Below, piece by piece: positions 16,177 through 24,800 of a stretch of 32,890 nt of DNA. A program made the position numbers and the translations under genes. Origin of the DNA: Patescibacteria group bacterium (GTDB lineage Bacteria; Patescibacteriota; WWE3; UBA101185; UBA10185); NCBI GenBank assembly GCA_041671425.1, contig JBAZBO010000001.1, positions 1 to 32,890 on the forward strand, in the 5' to 3' direction. The notes below the pieces were generated by a model. The model worked only from the letters and a program-made list of their open reading frames with translations. It did not search any database and had not been told where the DNA came from. Each line of letters opens with the position of its first letter. Position 1 is the stretch's first letter.

Positions 16177-16731
16177 TTAGGCTTTTGACAGATACTCACC
16201 TGTCCTGGTATCCACTTTTATGGTATCCCCTATCTTGATGAACGGGGGGACCCTTACCACAGTACCATTGGGAAGCTTAGCTTCCTTCAAGACATTGGTA
16301 ACCGTATTCCCCCTGTAACCAGGCTCTGTATAGGCTACTTCGAACACTAGGCTATTGGGAAGCTCTACCGAGACAGGTTCATCCTCAAAATACATCACCT
16401 GAACCACAATACCTTCCAATAGAAAGGCCGCTTGCTCCCCTATCACGTCCTCTGGGATAGTAAACTGTGCGTAGGTCTCAGGATCCATAAATACATACCC
16501 TATTTGGTCGTTATAGAGATATTGAGCGTTCCTTTTCACCACGTCAGCATATTCCATCCTTGTGGAAGCCATGTAGCTCTTTTCTAGAACAGAGTTATTC
16601 AAAAGATTTCTTACCTTGACTCTTACGGTGGCACTTCCTCTGGAAACTTTCACATGGAAATACTTCAACACCAAAAAGGGGGTGTCATTTTCCTTAAATA
16701 TTGCTCCTGTCTTTAGGTCTGTAGCTATCAT
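16177..16731 (-). CDS. efp: Elongation factor P
   Basis: MIATDLKTGAIFKENDTPFLVLKYFHVKVSRGSATVRVKVRNL with a three-domain length of 184 aa. AAGGA Shine-Dalgarno upstream of the ATG at 16731. The longer listed ORF overlaps the tRNA. Confidence 0.93.
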   Translation of the reverse strand: MIATDLKTGAIFKENDTPFLVLKYFHVKVSRGSATVRVKVRNLLNNSVLEKSYMASTRMEYADVVKRNAQYLYNDQIGYVFMDPETYAQFTIPEDVIGEQAAFLLEGIVVQVMYFEDEPVSVELPNSLVFEVAYTEPGYRGNTVTNVLKEAKLPNGTVVRVPPFIKIGDTIKVDTRTGEYLSKA

Positions 16732-16743
16732 ATTTTTCCTTGC

Positions 16744-16831
16744 TGGTGCCACGAGTGGGAGTTGAACCCACACGAGGGTTGCCCCTCATTGGTTTTTGAG
16801 ACCAACGCGTATGCCATTCCGCCACCGTGGC
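16744..16831 (-). tRNA. tRNA-Leu (anticodon CAA), type II with long variable arm, CCA encoded
   Basis: Hand-folded cloverleaf. Acceptor GCCACGG/TCGTGGC. 3-bp D stem with a GG-containing loop. Anticodon stem TTGGT/ACCAA with loop CTCAAAA. Variable arm GAGGG-GCAA-CCCTC. T arm GTGGG-TTCAACT-CCCAC. Discriminator A plus CCA. Confidence 0.9.
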
Positions 16832-16845
16832 TCACAACAACAGAG

Positions 16846-16854
16846 ATTTTATCA
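16846..16854 (-). promoter_or_regulatory. Extended -10 TGATAAAAT upstream of tRNA-Leu
   Basis: Minus strand reads CTTGTGATAAAAT, then 14 nt to the mature tRNA 5' end. Lies in the 30-nt gap after dnaB. Confidence 0.4.
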
Positions 16855-16861
16855 CAAGAGG

Positions 16862-18199
16862 CTATAAACTTTCTCTTCTTTGCTCAAGCTCAAAGAATTG
16901 GGTCCTGTTCTGCTTGAAGAACAAAGGTATCTCACCGGTAGGTCCGTTCCTATGCTTTGCCAACATCAATATGTAGTTCTCCCTATCCTCTTCGTCAGGT
17001 CTGTACAAAAACATCACAATATCTGCATCTTGTTCTATAGATCCCGAATCCCTAAGATCAGAAAGCTGAGGCCTCTTATCTCCACCACGCTGTTCTACCG
17101 CTCTGGACAGCTGTGAAACGGCTAAAACGGGTACTTTTAGTTCCCTGGCTAAATTCTTCAAGGCCTGGGAGATCTCAGAGACTTCCTGCACCCTGCTTTC
17201 CAGATTCCTTCCCCTTACCAGCTGAAGGTAATCAACCACTATCAGGTCTATCTCGTGTTCCAGTTGGAGTCTTCTGGCCTTGGTTCTCATTTCCATCACA
17301 CTAATACCAGGGGTATCATCAATAAAGATTGGCGCTTCAGCCAGCTCACCTGCGGCAATACCATATCTCTCAAAGTCGTCCTGCTCCAGGTTTCCTGTGG
17401 TGATCCTCCAGTTATCTATATCTCCTTGGGCAGATATCATCCTGTCTACTATGGATTCCCTACCCATTTCCAACGAAAACATCGCCACTGCCTTGTTGTG
17501 AACTGTTGCCGCGTGCTGGGCAATGTTGATAGCCAAAGATGATTTACCTACAGAAGGCCTTGCCGCAAGTATGACCAAGTTTTCCCTTTGAAGACCGGAA
17601 AGCATGCTGTCCAAGGTTTTCAGACCTGTAGGCACTCCTCTTAAAGCACCTCTGGTCTTGCTTAGCTCATCCAGCCTCTCAAATGTGACTTCCAAAGTCT
17701 CTTTTACAGGAACAAAGTCCTGCTGCACCCTATCTTGGGATACCGAGTACAACATTTGCTCCGACTGGTCCAAAAGCTCTTCAATATTACCTTCTTCAAA
17801 TACCAGCTCCCCTATCCTAGCGGCTGTGTGCAGAAGTTTTCTTTTTACCGCGGCATCTCTGATTATCCTGGCGTAAAACTCTACATTGGCAGCAGTGGGT
17901 ACTGAGAAAACCAGTTCTGACAGATATGCTGTTCCTTCTGAGGAATCAGTCTTGCCCATGGTTCTTAGCTCATCAGGCAAGGTAATAAGATCAGCCGGTT
18001 CCCTTCTTTCATAAAGATTTACTATTGCTTGGAATATATCTACATGCAGAGATTTATAAAAATGCTCGGGCCTCAGGAATTCCACCACTTTCACAATGGC
18101 GTCGGGGTCGATCATCACCGCACCTAGCACAGATTTCTCTGCATCAAGGTCGTGGGGCGGTATTCCCACCTGAGTGGTCTTAATTCGTTCTTCGGCCAT
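16862..18199 (-). CDS. dnaB: Replicative DNA helicase DnaB
   Basis: PPHDLDAEKSVLGA N-terminus, Walker A ARPSVGKSSLA, Walker B LIVVDYLQL, SQLSRAVEQR, DADIVMFLYR. Confidence 0.95.
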   Translation of the reverse strand: MAEERIKTTQVGIPPHDLDAEKSVLGAVMIDPDAIVKVVEFLRPEHFYKSLHVDIFQAIVNLYERREPADLITLPDELRTMGKTDSSEGTAYLSELVFSVPTAANVEFYARIIRDAAVKRKLLHTAARIGELVFEEGNIEELLDQSEQMLYSVSQDRVQQDFVPVKETLEVTFERLDELSKTRGALRGVPTGLKTLDSMLSGLQRENLVILAARPSVGKSSLAINIAQHAATVHNKAVAMFSLEMGRESIVDRMISAQGDIDNWRITTGNLEQDDFERYGIAAGELAEAPIFIDDTPGISVMEMRTKARRLQLEHEIDLIVVDYLQLVRGRNLESRVQEVSEISQALKNLARELKVPVLAVSQLSRAVEQRGGDKRPQLSDLRDSGSIEQDADIVMFLYRPDEEDRENYILMLAKHRNGPTGEIPLFFKQNRTQFFELEQRRESL

Positions 18200-18204
18200 A
18201 TAAG

Positions 18205-18861
18205 TTAATGCTTGGGGCTAAGCACTATTACTTCTGTCTCTTCCAAATTCCCTGATTTACTACTTAAAGTAAGCTTATCCTGTCCCTTTTTACTGCCATT
18301 TTCAACTCCCATCTCATCCAGGAACTTTTCCAAAGGTTCGAGATCCTTCTCAAATTTCAGGTCGGGAGTAGCATAATGCATTGGGACAACAAAATTGGGC
18401 TCGATAGAGGATATGACTTTTGATGCCGTTTGGGCATCAATCGTGTAGTTGCCTCCCACAGGTATCAGAAGCACATCTATCCCAGGAAGCTCAGAAAGGA
18501 CCTCATCAGGAAGGTCATGTCCAAGATCCCCAAGGTGAAGTATGTTTAGTCCCTCTACATCAATAAGGAAAATCGTATTATCCCCCCTTTCGGCACCGTT
18601 TTTTGTATCATGGAAGGTCTTATATCCTAAGATCGTGACGCCATTTACTTCATACTCTCCGGGTCCATCAATAACTATCCTGGTATTGTAGACACCGGCG
18701 GCATTGTCATGATCAGGATGATGATGGGTCACCAAAACAGCGTCGGCGTTAAGTTTAGGAAGGTTGTAGCCGACATGCTTGGGATCATAGGGATCCACCA
18801 CTAGCGTGCACTCTTTTCCCCTGATCTGAAAGCATGAATGGCCTATGAACGTTATATCCAT
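18205..18861 (-). CDS. MBL-fold metallo-hydrolase
   Basis: HxHxDH motif (THHHPDHD) in a beta-lactamase-fold context, 218 aa. Confidence 0.85.
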   Translation of the reverse strand: MDITFIGHSCFQIRGKECTLVVDPYDPKHVGYNLPKLNADAVLVTHHHPDHDNAAGVYNTRIVIDGPGEYEVNGVTILGYKTFHDTKNGAERGDNTIFLIDVEGLNILHLGDLGHDLPDEVLSELPGIDVLLIPVGGNYTIDAQTASKVISSIEPNFVVPMHYATPDLKFEKDLEPLEKFLDEMGVENGSKKGQDKLTLSSKSGNLEETEVIVLSPKH

Positions 18862-18867
18862 GGCAGT

Positions 18868-18876
18868 ATGATATCA
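18868..18876 (-). promoter_or_regulatory. Extended -10 TGATATCAT, 6 nt before the MBL-hydrolase ATG
   Basis: Minus strand reads TGTGATATCATA-CTGCC-ATG. The 12-mer TGTGATATCATA is identical to the one at 26797-26808. Confidence 0.45.
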
Positions 18877-18924
18877 CAACCGAATCTGAAAACTGAATAG
18901 AATTTACCTTAAAAGGCGAAAAAC

Positions 18925-18933
18925 TGTTAAAAT
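18925..18933 (+). promoter_or_regulatory. Extended -10 TGTTAAAAT, 7 nt before the hisS ATG
   Basis: TGTTAAAAT-TATCGTC-ATG, no Shine-Dalgarno. Divergent from the MBL promoter within a 79-bp intergenic region. Confidence 0.45.
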
Positions 18934-18940
18934 TATCGTC

Positions 18941-20206
18941 ATGGAAGCACAAAGGCTTAGTACACAACCATATAAAGGCACCAGGGACTTGTTCCCTGAA
19001 GATCTGAAAGTCCAAAGTTATATCTTTGACACGTGGAGAAGGGTATGCAAAGGCTTTGGTTATGAAGAATACCAGACTCCCCTCTTGGAGCCTGCAGAGA
19101 TCTACAGAGCCAAATCAGGTGAGGATATAGGAGGCAGAGAGCTTTACACACTTACTGACATGGGCGGAAGAGAATTGGCACTAAGGCCGGAGCTAACACC
19201 ATCTGTAACTAGGATGGTATGCAGGAAATACAAAGAGCTACCCAAACCCATAAGGCTTTTCAGTATAGGCAGTTTTTACAGGAGTGAGGCCCCACAGAGA
19301 GGCAGGAATAGAGAGTTCTGGCAGTTGAATGCAGACATCTTTGGTGAGTCGTCCCTAAATGCAGACATCGAGATCCTCCAGCTGGCTTTGGAACTGATGC
19401 TGGCCTTCAACCCACCCACAGGCTCGTTCAGACTTTACCTAAGTAACAGAAAGCTTCTAAACTCCTTGTTCGACCTTTTGAATATAGAAAATAGAAGTAC
19501 TGTTTCAAGAATACTTGATAAATACCAGAAGTTACCAGCGGATGTTTTTGAAAAAGCCCTTGCTGATCTAGATATATCGGGTGAGAGGTTCAGCAGAGTG
19601 AAAGCTTTCATGGAAGGTAATATAGAGAAAGAACTGGAAAGCTCGGAAGGCTACAATGAAATAAGGAAAATACTTGCTGTGCTGGAGGCCTGCGGATACA
19701 AGGACCTAGTGGAGTTCAGGCCTTCCTTGATAAGGGGGTTTGACTACTACGACGGCATGGTCTTTGAGGTTTTTGATATGAATAAAGAAAATACCAGGTC
19801 TCTTTTTGGTGGAGGAAGATACAATGGTCTAGCCAGGATCTTTGGAAGTGAGAACTTCCCTGCTGTAGGTTTTGCCCCTGGCGACGAAACCACTAGACTG
19901 TTCCTAGAAACCTGGGGTTTGATCCCCAACCTTAAAGATGCCGAAAAGTGCTTTCTTTTTGCTGTCACAAAGAGGGAGGGCATTACCACATACCTAAACA
20001 AAGTAGCGCAAAGACTTAGAACTCAGGAGGGAAAAACCGTGGTCACAGACCTTTCTGAAAATATAGAAGGAGTTGAGGAGGGATTAAGGGAAACCAATAA
20101 GAAGGGCTTTAGATACGCAGTGTTTGTTGGAGACAACGAGTTTGAGAAGAACGGTTATACCCTAAAGGATCTATCAACCGGAGATCAAACCTTTTCTAAT
20201 CTGTAA
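18941..20206 (+). CDS. hisS: Histidine--tRNA ligase
   Basis: GTRDLFPED, LRPELTPSVTRM, FYRSEAPQRGRNREFWQLNADIFG, GGGRYNGL. Class II HisRS pattern, 421 aa. Confidence 0.93.
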   Translation: MEAQRLSTQPYKGTRDLFPEDLKVQSYIFDTWRRVCKGFGYEEYQTPLLEPAEIYRAKSGEDIGGRELYTLTDMGGRELALRPELTPSVTRMVCRKYKELPKPIRLFSIGSFYRSEAPQRGRNREFWQLNADIFGESSLNADIEILQLALELMLAFNPPTGSFRLYLSNRKLLNSLFDLLNIENRSTVSRILDKYQKLPADVFEKALADLDISGERFSRVKAFMEGNIEKELESSEGYNEIRKILAVLEACGYKDLVEFRPSLIRGFDYYDGMVFEVFDMNKENTRSLFGGGRYNGLARIFGSENFPAVGFAPGDETTRLFLETWGLIPNLKDAEKCFLFAVTKREGITTYLNKVAQRLRTQEGKTVVTDLSENIEGVEEGLRETNKKGFRYAVFVGDNEFEKNGYTLKDLSTGDQTFSNL

Positions 20207-20215
20207 GATCTACGG

Positions 20216-20221
20216 TATCAT
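20216..20221 (+). promoter_or_regulatory. -10-like TATCAT, 6 nt before the EamA ATG
   Basis: GGTATCAT-AAATCA-ATG, no Shine-Dalgarno. Confidence 0.4.
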
Positions 20222-20227
20222 AAATCA

Positions 20228-21204
20228 ATGCCCAGAAGACCTAAGTTCTATGCTTATGTATCCTTACTTATAGCCACAGCCATATGGGCTGCAGCAGGAC
20301 CCATCATAAAGCTGACCCTAGGCTATATTCCCGTCATAACCTTTCTATTCCTAAGATTTTTGATCGTATGTATACTCATTTCTCCTTTCATGTGGCTGGA
20401 AATAAAAAGAAATCCGATCAACAGAAAGGACATTAAGAACTTTGTGATACTGGGGATCTTAAGCCAAACTGTTCTTATAGTCCCGTTCTATGGGTACCAG
20501 TATACCCGGGCGATAGACGCGGCCCTCATAGGTATCACCTACCCTGTCATGGCAGTAGCCGCGGGCAGTTACTTTTTCAAAGAAGTGGTCACAAAGATGG
20601 AGAAAGCGGGCATGATCCTTGCAACCTTGGGGGCATCTGTGATCATGATAGAACCAATCCTCTCAGGTATGGGTGTCTCAAAAGTCTCAGGCATGAGCAT
20701 ATTTGGCAATGTGCTCATATTTGTATATCAACTATCGTGGGTGGCATACATCATATGGTCAAAAGCCGCCATGGGTGAAAAGTCAATTGAAGTGAGCAAG
20801 ACCTCTAAGAAGCTTAGGATCTCTCCCATGACCAAGAAATACAGTCCGAGCATTATTACCATGTTCACTTTCTTTGTCGGACTGGCGTCATTCATACCTC
20901 TGGTCATAGCCGAGAACATATCAATAAAGGCCGCACTGCAATACTAATAAGTTCCCTCGGTACTACACCAATCCTGGGTGTACTTTATATGGCTCTTTTG
21001 TCTTCTATACTTGCCTACATGCTCTTCCAGTGGGGACTTCACTATGTAGAAGTCACTGACGCAGCACTGTTTACGTATCTATCCCCTTTATTTACCTTTC
21101 CAATAGCATACGCACTACTAAAAGAAATTCCGTCCCCCACTACGGCTGTAGGTACAGTGTTTATAGCCGCAGGCATATTGATTGCCGAAAAACATAAATC
21201 TTGA
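20228..21204 (+). pseudogene. EamA/DMT-family transporter interrupted by a -1 frame change (two ORFs: 20228-20947 and 20989-21204)
   Basis: ORF1 carries TM1-7. ORF2 carries the last helices (LYMALLSSILAYMLFQWGL...). ORF2's frame stays open upstream of its ATG through ISSLGTTPILGVLY. The two frames can be joined in the loop near 20915-20945. ORF1 ends in a double stop TAATAA. Confidence 0.7.
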
Positions 21205-21210
21205 TATACT
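21202..21210 (+). promoter_or_regulatory. Extended -10 TGATATACT, 8 nt before the rpmE ATG
   Basis: TGATATACT-CCCCCAGT-ATG. Lies at the extreme 3' end of the EamA reading frame. Confidence 0.4.
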
Positions 21211-21218
21211 CCCCCAGT

Positions 21219-21533
21219 ATGAAAAAGGGTATACATCCACAGGTTTATAAGGAATGCGTTGTCACATGTGCATGCGGCAATACATTCACCACAATATCCA
21301 CCCAAGAGACTTTGAGGGTGGAGATCTGCAATATGTGCCATCCTTTCTTCACCGGGCAGCAAAAGTTCATAGACACCGAAGGTAGGATAGAGAAATTCCG
21401 AAAGAAAGTGGAAATGTCAAAACAGAAACAGGCCGTCTCCAAGAGCAAGAAACAAGACAAGAAGGACAAGACTACTTCAAACAAATCATCCCTGAAAGAC
21501 CTCCTGGAACAAGCAAAGACCTCAAACAATTAG
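21219..21533 (+). CDS. rpmE: 50S ribosomal protein L31 (Zn-type CxC...CxxC) with Lys-rich C-terminal extension
   Basis: [25 protein letters not shown]. About 35 extra K/S-rich residues at the C-terminus. Confidence 0.92.
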   Translation: MKKGIHPQVYKECVVTCACGNTFTTISTQETLRVEICNMCHPFFTGQQKFIDTEGRIEKFRKKVEMSKQKQAVSKSKKQDKKDKTTSNKSSLKDLLEQAKTSNN

Positions 21534-22535
21534 ATGGACCAAGGTAAGTCACTTTTAGAAAGTGAGATTCAAAGATTAACAACTGAAGTTGAAGCTCATA
21601 AAAAGCTTTTGCAGGAGGAATCCTCTGAAGGTATGAGGGACCTTATCCTTGAGGAAATAACAAACCTAGAAACCTCATTGAAAGCCCTGAACGACACCAA
21701 AGAACACCTGAATCTCTCTCAACACCATGATCCGTCAGATGAGCCCAACCCCTCGTTAGGGATCAATAAGAATGTGGTAATCCTTGAGGTAAGATCGGGA
21801 ACCGGTGGAGATGAAGCAGGCCTTTTTGCCGCAGAGCTCTACGAGATGTACAAAAGATATGCCGAGAAGAAAAGCTGGAAAATGGAAGAGGTCTCGGTTT
21901 CAAGAAACGCCATGGGAGGCTTCAAGACTGCAAGTGCATACATAAAAGGCCCCGAGGTATACGAAAGCCTCAAGAACGAGTCTGGTGTTCACAGGGTACA
22001 AAGAGTACCCTTAACCGAGTCTAGTGGCAGAATACACACTTCCACAGCCACGGTCGCAGTACTTCCAGAGCCGGGAAAATATGAGATCACAATAAGACCC
22101 GAGGAAATAAGGGAAGACTTTTTCAGATCCGGGGGGCATGGGGGTCAAAACGTAAACAAAGTCTCCACTGCCGTGAGGATCACACATATACCAACGGGCG
22201 AAGTCGTGGAATGCCAGCAGGAGAGATCTCAGCTTAAAAACAGAGAAAGAGCAATGGCTGTACTTAAAGCAAGACTTTTTGAAATGATGCGCGAGCAAAA
22301 TGTCCAGGATATATCAAATCTCAGATATTCCCAGGTAGGTACAGGAGAAAGAAGCGAAAAGATAAGGACTTATAACTTCCCCCAAGATAGAGTAACGGAC
22401 CACAGGATCAACACTTCATGGCACAACCTGCAAAGTATAATGATGGGCAATATTGAGGAAATGCTAGAGAGTCTCAGGGGTATCGGTGAGGACGGGGCTG
22501 AAGGTAACAACATCACCCTGCCTATCGACGACTAA
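21534..22535 (+). CDS. prfA: Peptide chain release factor 1
   Basis: GGQ motif SGGHGGQNVNKVSTAVRITHIPTG. PxT-type recognition loop RVQRVPLTESSGRIHTS. Starts directly after the rpmE TAG. Confidence 0.92.
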   Translation: MDQGKSLLESEIQRLTTEVEAHKKLLQEESSEGMRDLILEEITNLETSLKALNDTKEHLNLSQHHDPSDEPNPSLGINKNVVILEVRSGTGGDEAGLFAAELYEMYKRYAEKKSWKMEEVSVSRNAMGGFKTASAYIKGPEVYESLKNESGVHRVQRVPLTESSGRIHTSTATVAVLPEPGKYEITIRPEEIREDFFRSGGHGGQNVNKVSTAVRITHIPTGEVVECQQERSQLKNRERAMAVLKARLFEMMREQNVQDISNLRYSQVGTGERSEKIRTYNFPQDRVTDHRINTSWHNLQSIMMGNIEEMLESLRGIGEDGAEGNNITLPIDD

Positions 22536-23579
22536 CTCTACCTTATCCCCCACCTTGGTCTCCGATATGGCCTTTGAAAGCGGATAATCTTCGTTTATAT
22601 CTTTACCCTCAAATCTCACTATTATATCCCCTCTTTTCAAACCTACTTTCTCAGCTGGAGAATCAACAATAACTCTGGAAACAAAGGCCCCTTCAGGAAG
22701 CTCCTTTAATGAGGCTATCTCCGAAGTCACAACGGTATAGTCAACACCTAGGTAAGGCCTCACTATCTTGCCCTCTCTCAAAAGCCCCTCAAGAAGCGGC
22801 TTCAAAGTGTTCACCGGTATAGCAAAACTGATGTTATCAGCTCCATACGAAGTGGCCACATTTATACCAATTAGCTGTCCCGCAGAGTTTAATAAAGGCC
22901 CACCAGAATTCCCAGGGTTTATGGCTGCATCGGTCTGTATAGCCCCCTCATAGGTTTTCACAGCGCCTCCAAGCCCCGATGACGCAGACAAGGACCTGGA
23001 GATCCCAGAAACTATTCCAAGTGTAACGGTGTTTTGGTATCTTCCCAGAGCATTACCTATGGCAATGGCCTTTTGTCCCACTTTCAGGATATCAGAATCC
23101 CCAAACTCAACGACAGGAAGACCCCTGGCTGTAATCTCAAGAATAGCCAAGTCAGTAGGCTCATCAAGGTGTATCTTATTGACCTCATGGGTCGTACCAT
23201 CTTTCAGGACTACCGAGTATTCCCCATTGACGCTGTTGACAACATGGCTGTTGGTTACGATCAAACCGCTCGGATCCACAATAAAACCCGTTCCTATACC
23301 CTCCTCGGATATAGTGGGACCACTAAATATATCAAAGCCCACACTCTTTACCACAATAGACACAACCGATGGAGAAACCTTTTCTACCACATCGACTATG
23401 GATGACTCTTCCTCAACCAACTCTGTGGTTCTAATAGAATCTGGCTTTCCATAGGAAGGTTTTTGGAGAAAGTTTCCAAACGGAATCTTGAGACTTTGGG
23501 GAACACCACCACCAAAGCCAACGAGAATAACCAAAAATATGATAAGGGTCGCAACCCCTAGATATCCTTTGAATCTCAT
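22464..23579 (-). CDS. htrA: HtrA/DegP-family (S1C) serine protease with one PDZ domain
   Basis: N-terminal TM anchor. Catalytic His region TNSHVV and Ser region GNSGGPLLN. C-terminal PDZ domain (GLKRGDIIVRFEG). Confidence 0.92.
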   Translation of the reverse strand: MRFKGYLGVATLIIFLVILVGFGGGVPQSLKIPFGNFLQKPSYGKPDSIRTTELVEEESSIVDVVEKVSPSVVSIVVKSVGFDIFSGPTISEEGIGTGFIVDPSGLIVTNSHVVNSVNGEYSVVLKDGTTHEVNKIHLDEPTDLAILEITARGLPVVEFGDSDILKVGQKAIAIGNALGRYQNTVTLGIVSGISRSLSASSGLGGAVKTYEGAIQTDAAINPGNSGGPLLNSAGQLIGINVATSYGADNISFAIPVNTLKPLLEGLLREGKIVRPYLGVDYTVVTSEIASLKELPEGAFVSRVIVDSPAEKVGLKRGDIIVRFEGKDINEDYPLSKAISETKVGDKVELVVDRQGDVVTFSPVLTDTPETL

Positions 23580-24796
23580 ATCTCTTTTGCTAATTCTAAG
23601 GCTTTGTCCAACTGAGCGTCAATCTTGTTGTTGATATCTTCATCAGTCCTCTCCACTTTTATATCGGGCTCTATACCATTCTTATGAACCCAGATCTTAT
23701 CGGGAGTCAGCCACTTGGCAACTGTGATATGTAAACCGGATCCATCAGAAAAGTCTCTAGCATCCTGTATGGTCCCTTTACCAAAAGATTTGGTACCTAT
23801 GATGGTGGCCTTGACGTGGAACTTAAGGGCTGCAGCTAAGATCTCAGAGGCCGAGGCACTTCCCCCATCAAGAAGTATATAAACAGATGGAATACTCTGA
23901 AACTCCCCTACTCTATCAGTCTCATGGGCTATCTGCTCCCCCAAAGCGTTTTCTTGATACAAAATTGGTTGCTTACCTTTTACGAACTCACCTGCAAGGT
24001 ATACAGCGGAAGCCATATAGCCTCCGGGATTACCCCTAAGGTCGAGGATTATAGCGTCAAGCTCAGACATACCCATGTCGATCTGGGATACAACCTTGTC
24101 CCAATCATTGTTTGTCTCATTACCAAACCTGCTCACTCTGATGTAGGCAGTACCATCCCCTTTATCCTCCCAAGACACACTAGCAACAGTTATGACACCT
24201 CTTTTTATCATCACAGTAAAAGGAGCTTCATTACCTCTCATTAGGGTAAGTGTGCTAACAGTACCTGCATCCCCTCTTATTTTGGAGACAGCTTCATTAA
24301 GAGAAATGCCCAAGGTACTTACACCCTCAATCTCAACAATGGCATCCCCTGCTCTTACACCAGCTTCTTTGGCCGGGGAACCATCAAGAGGGGCCACAAC
24401 GATAAGCTGGTTCTCCCTTAACCCAAGTTCGGCTCCAATACCCTCAAAAGTACCATTCAAGTTACTATTTACAACTTTGTTGACTTGCGGGGGAAGGAAG
24501 GAAGTGTATGGATCACCAAGAGAATTGACCATACCAGTGATTGCACCCCAAAGCATCTTCTGGGAGTCAACAGGCCTTTCAAGATACTGAGTACTAACCA
24601 GATTCCAAACCTCCCAGAACTTACCAAAATCTATCTCTTTAGAAGAGGGGGATCTGTTGAGTATCTTTATCTCAGGGGGATTCTTCTTTATCTCGATCAG
24701 GTATCCCCTCTTCCCCAGATTATACCCACCATAAAAGGTACTAAGGGAGACAAGGATCAATATTAGAACTCTTTGGAAAATCTTAAAACCTTTCAT
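23576..24796 (-). CDS. ctpA: S41 family C-terminal processing peptidase
   Basis: TM anchor, PDZ (GVRAGDAIVEIEG), LDLRGNPGGY, GSASASEILAAALK, FGKGTIQ. ATG at 24796 (MKGFKIF) lies 4 nt after the upstream stop. ATGA overlap with htrA. Confidence 0.9.
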   Translation of the reverse strand: MKGFKIFQRVLILILVSLSTFYGGYNLGKRGYLIEIKKNPPEIKILNRSPSSKEIDFGKFWEVWNLVSTQYLERPVDSQKMLWGAITGMVNSLGDPYTSFLPPQVNKVVNSNLNGTFEGIGAELGLRENQLIVVAPLDGSPAKEAGVRAGDAIVEIEGVSTLGISLNEAVSKIRGDAGTVSTLTLMRGNEAPFTVMIKRGVITVASVSWEDKGDGTAYIRVSRFGNETNNDWDKVVSQIDMGMSELDAIILDLRGNPGGYMASAVYLAGEFVKGKQPILYQENALGEQIAHETDRVGEFQSIPSVYILLDGGSASASEILAAALKFHVKATIIGTKSFGKGTIQDARDFSDGSGLHITVAKWLTPDKIWVHKNGIEPDIKVERTDEDINNKIDAQLDKALELAKEI

Positions 24797-24800
24797 TTTT

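Noticed and set aside
16732-16773. N-terminal extension of EF-P (start at 16773).
   Set aside because: The extension overlaps the 3' end of tRNA-Leu (16744-16831). The ATG at 16731 gives the canonical EF-P N-terminus with an AAGGA Shine-Dalgarno.
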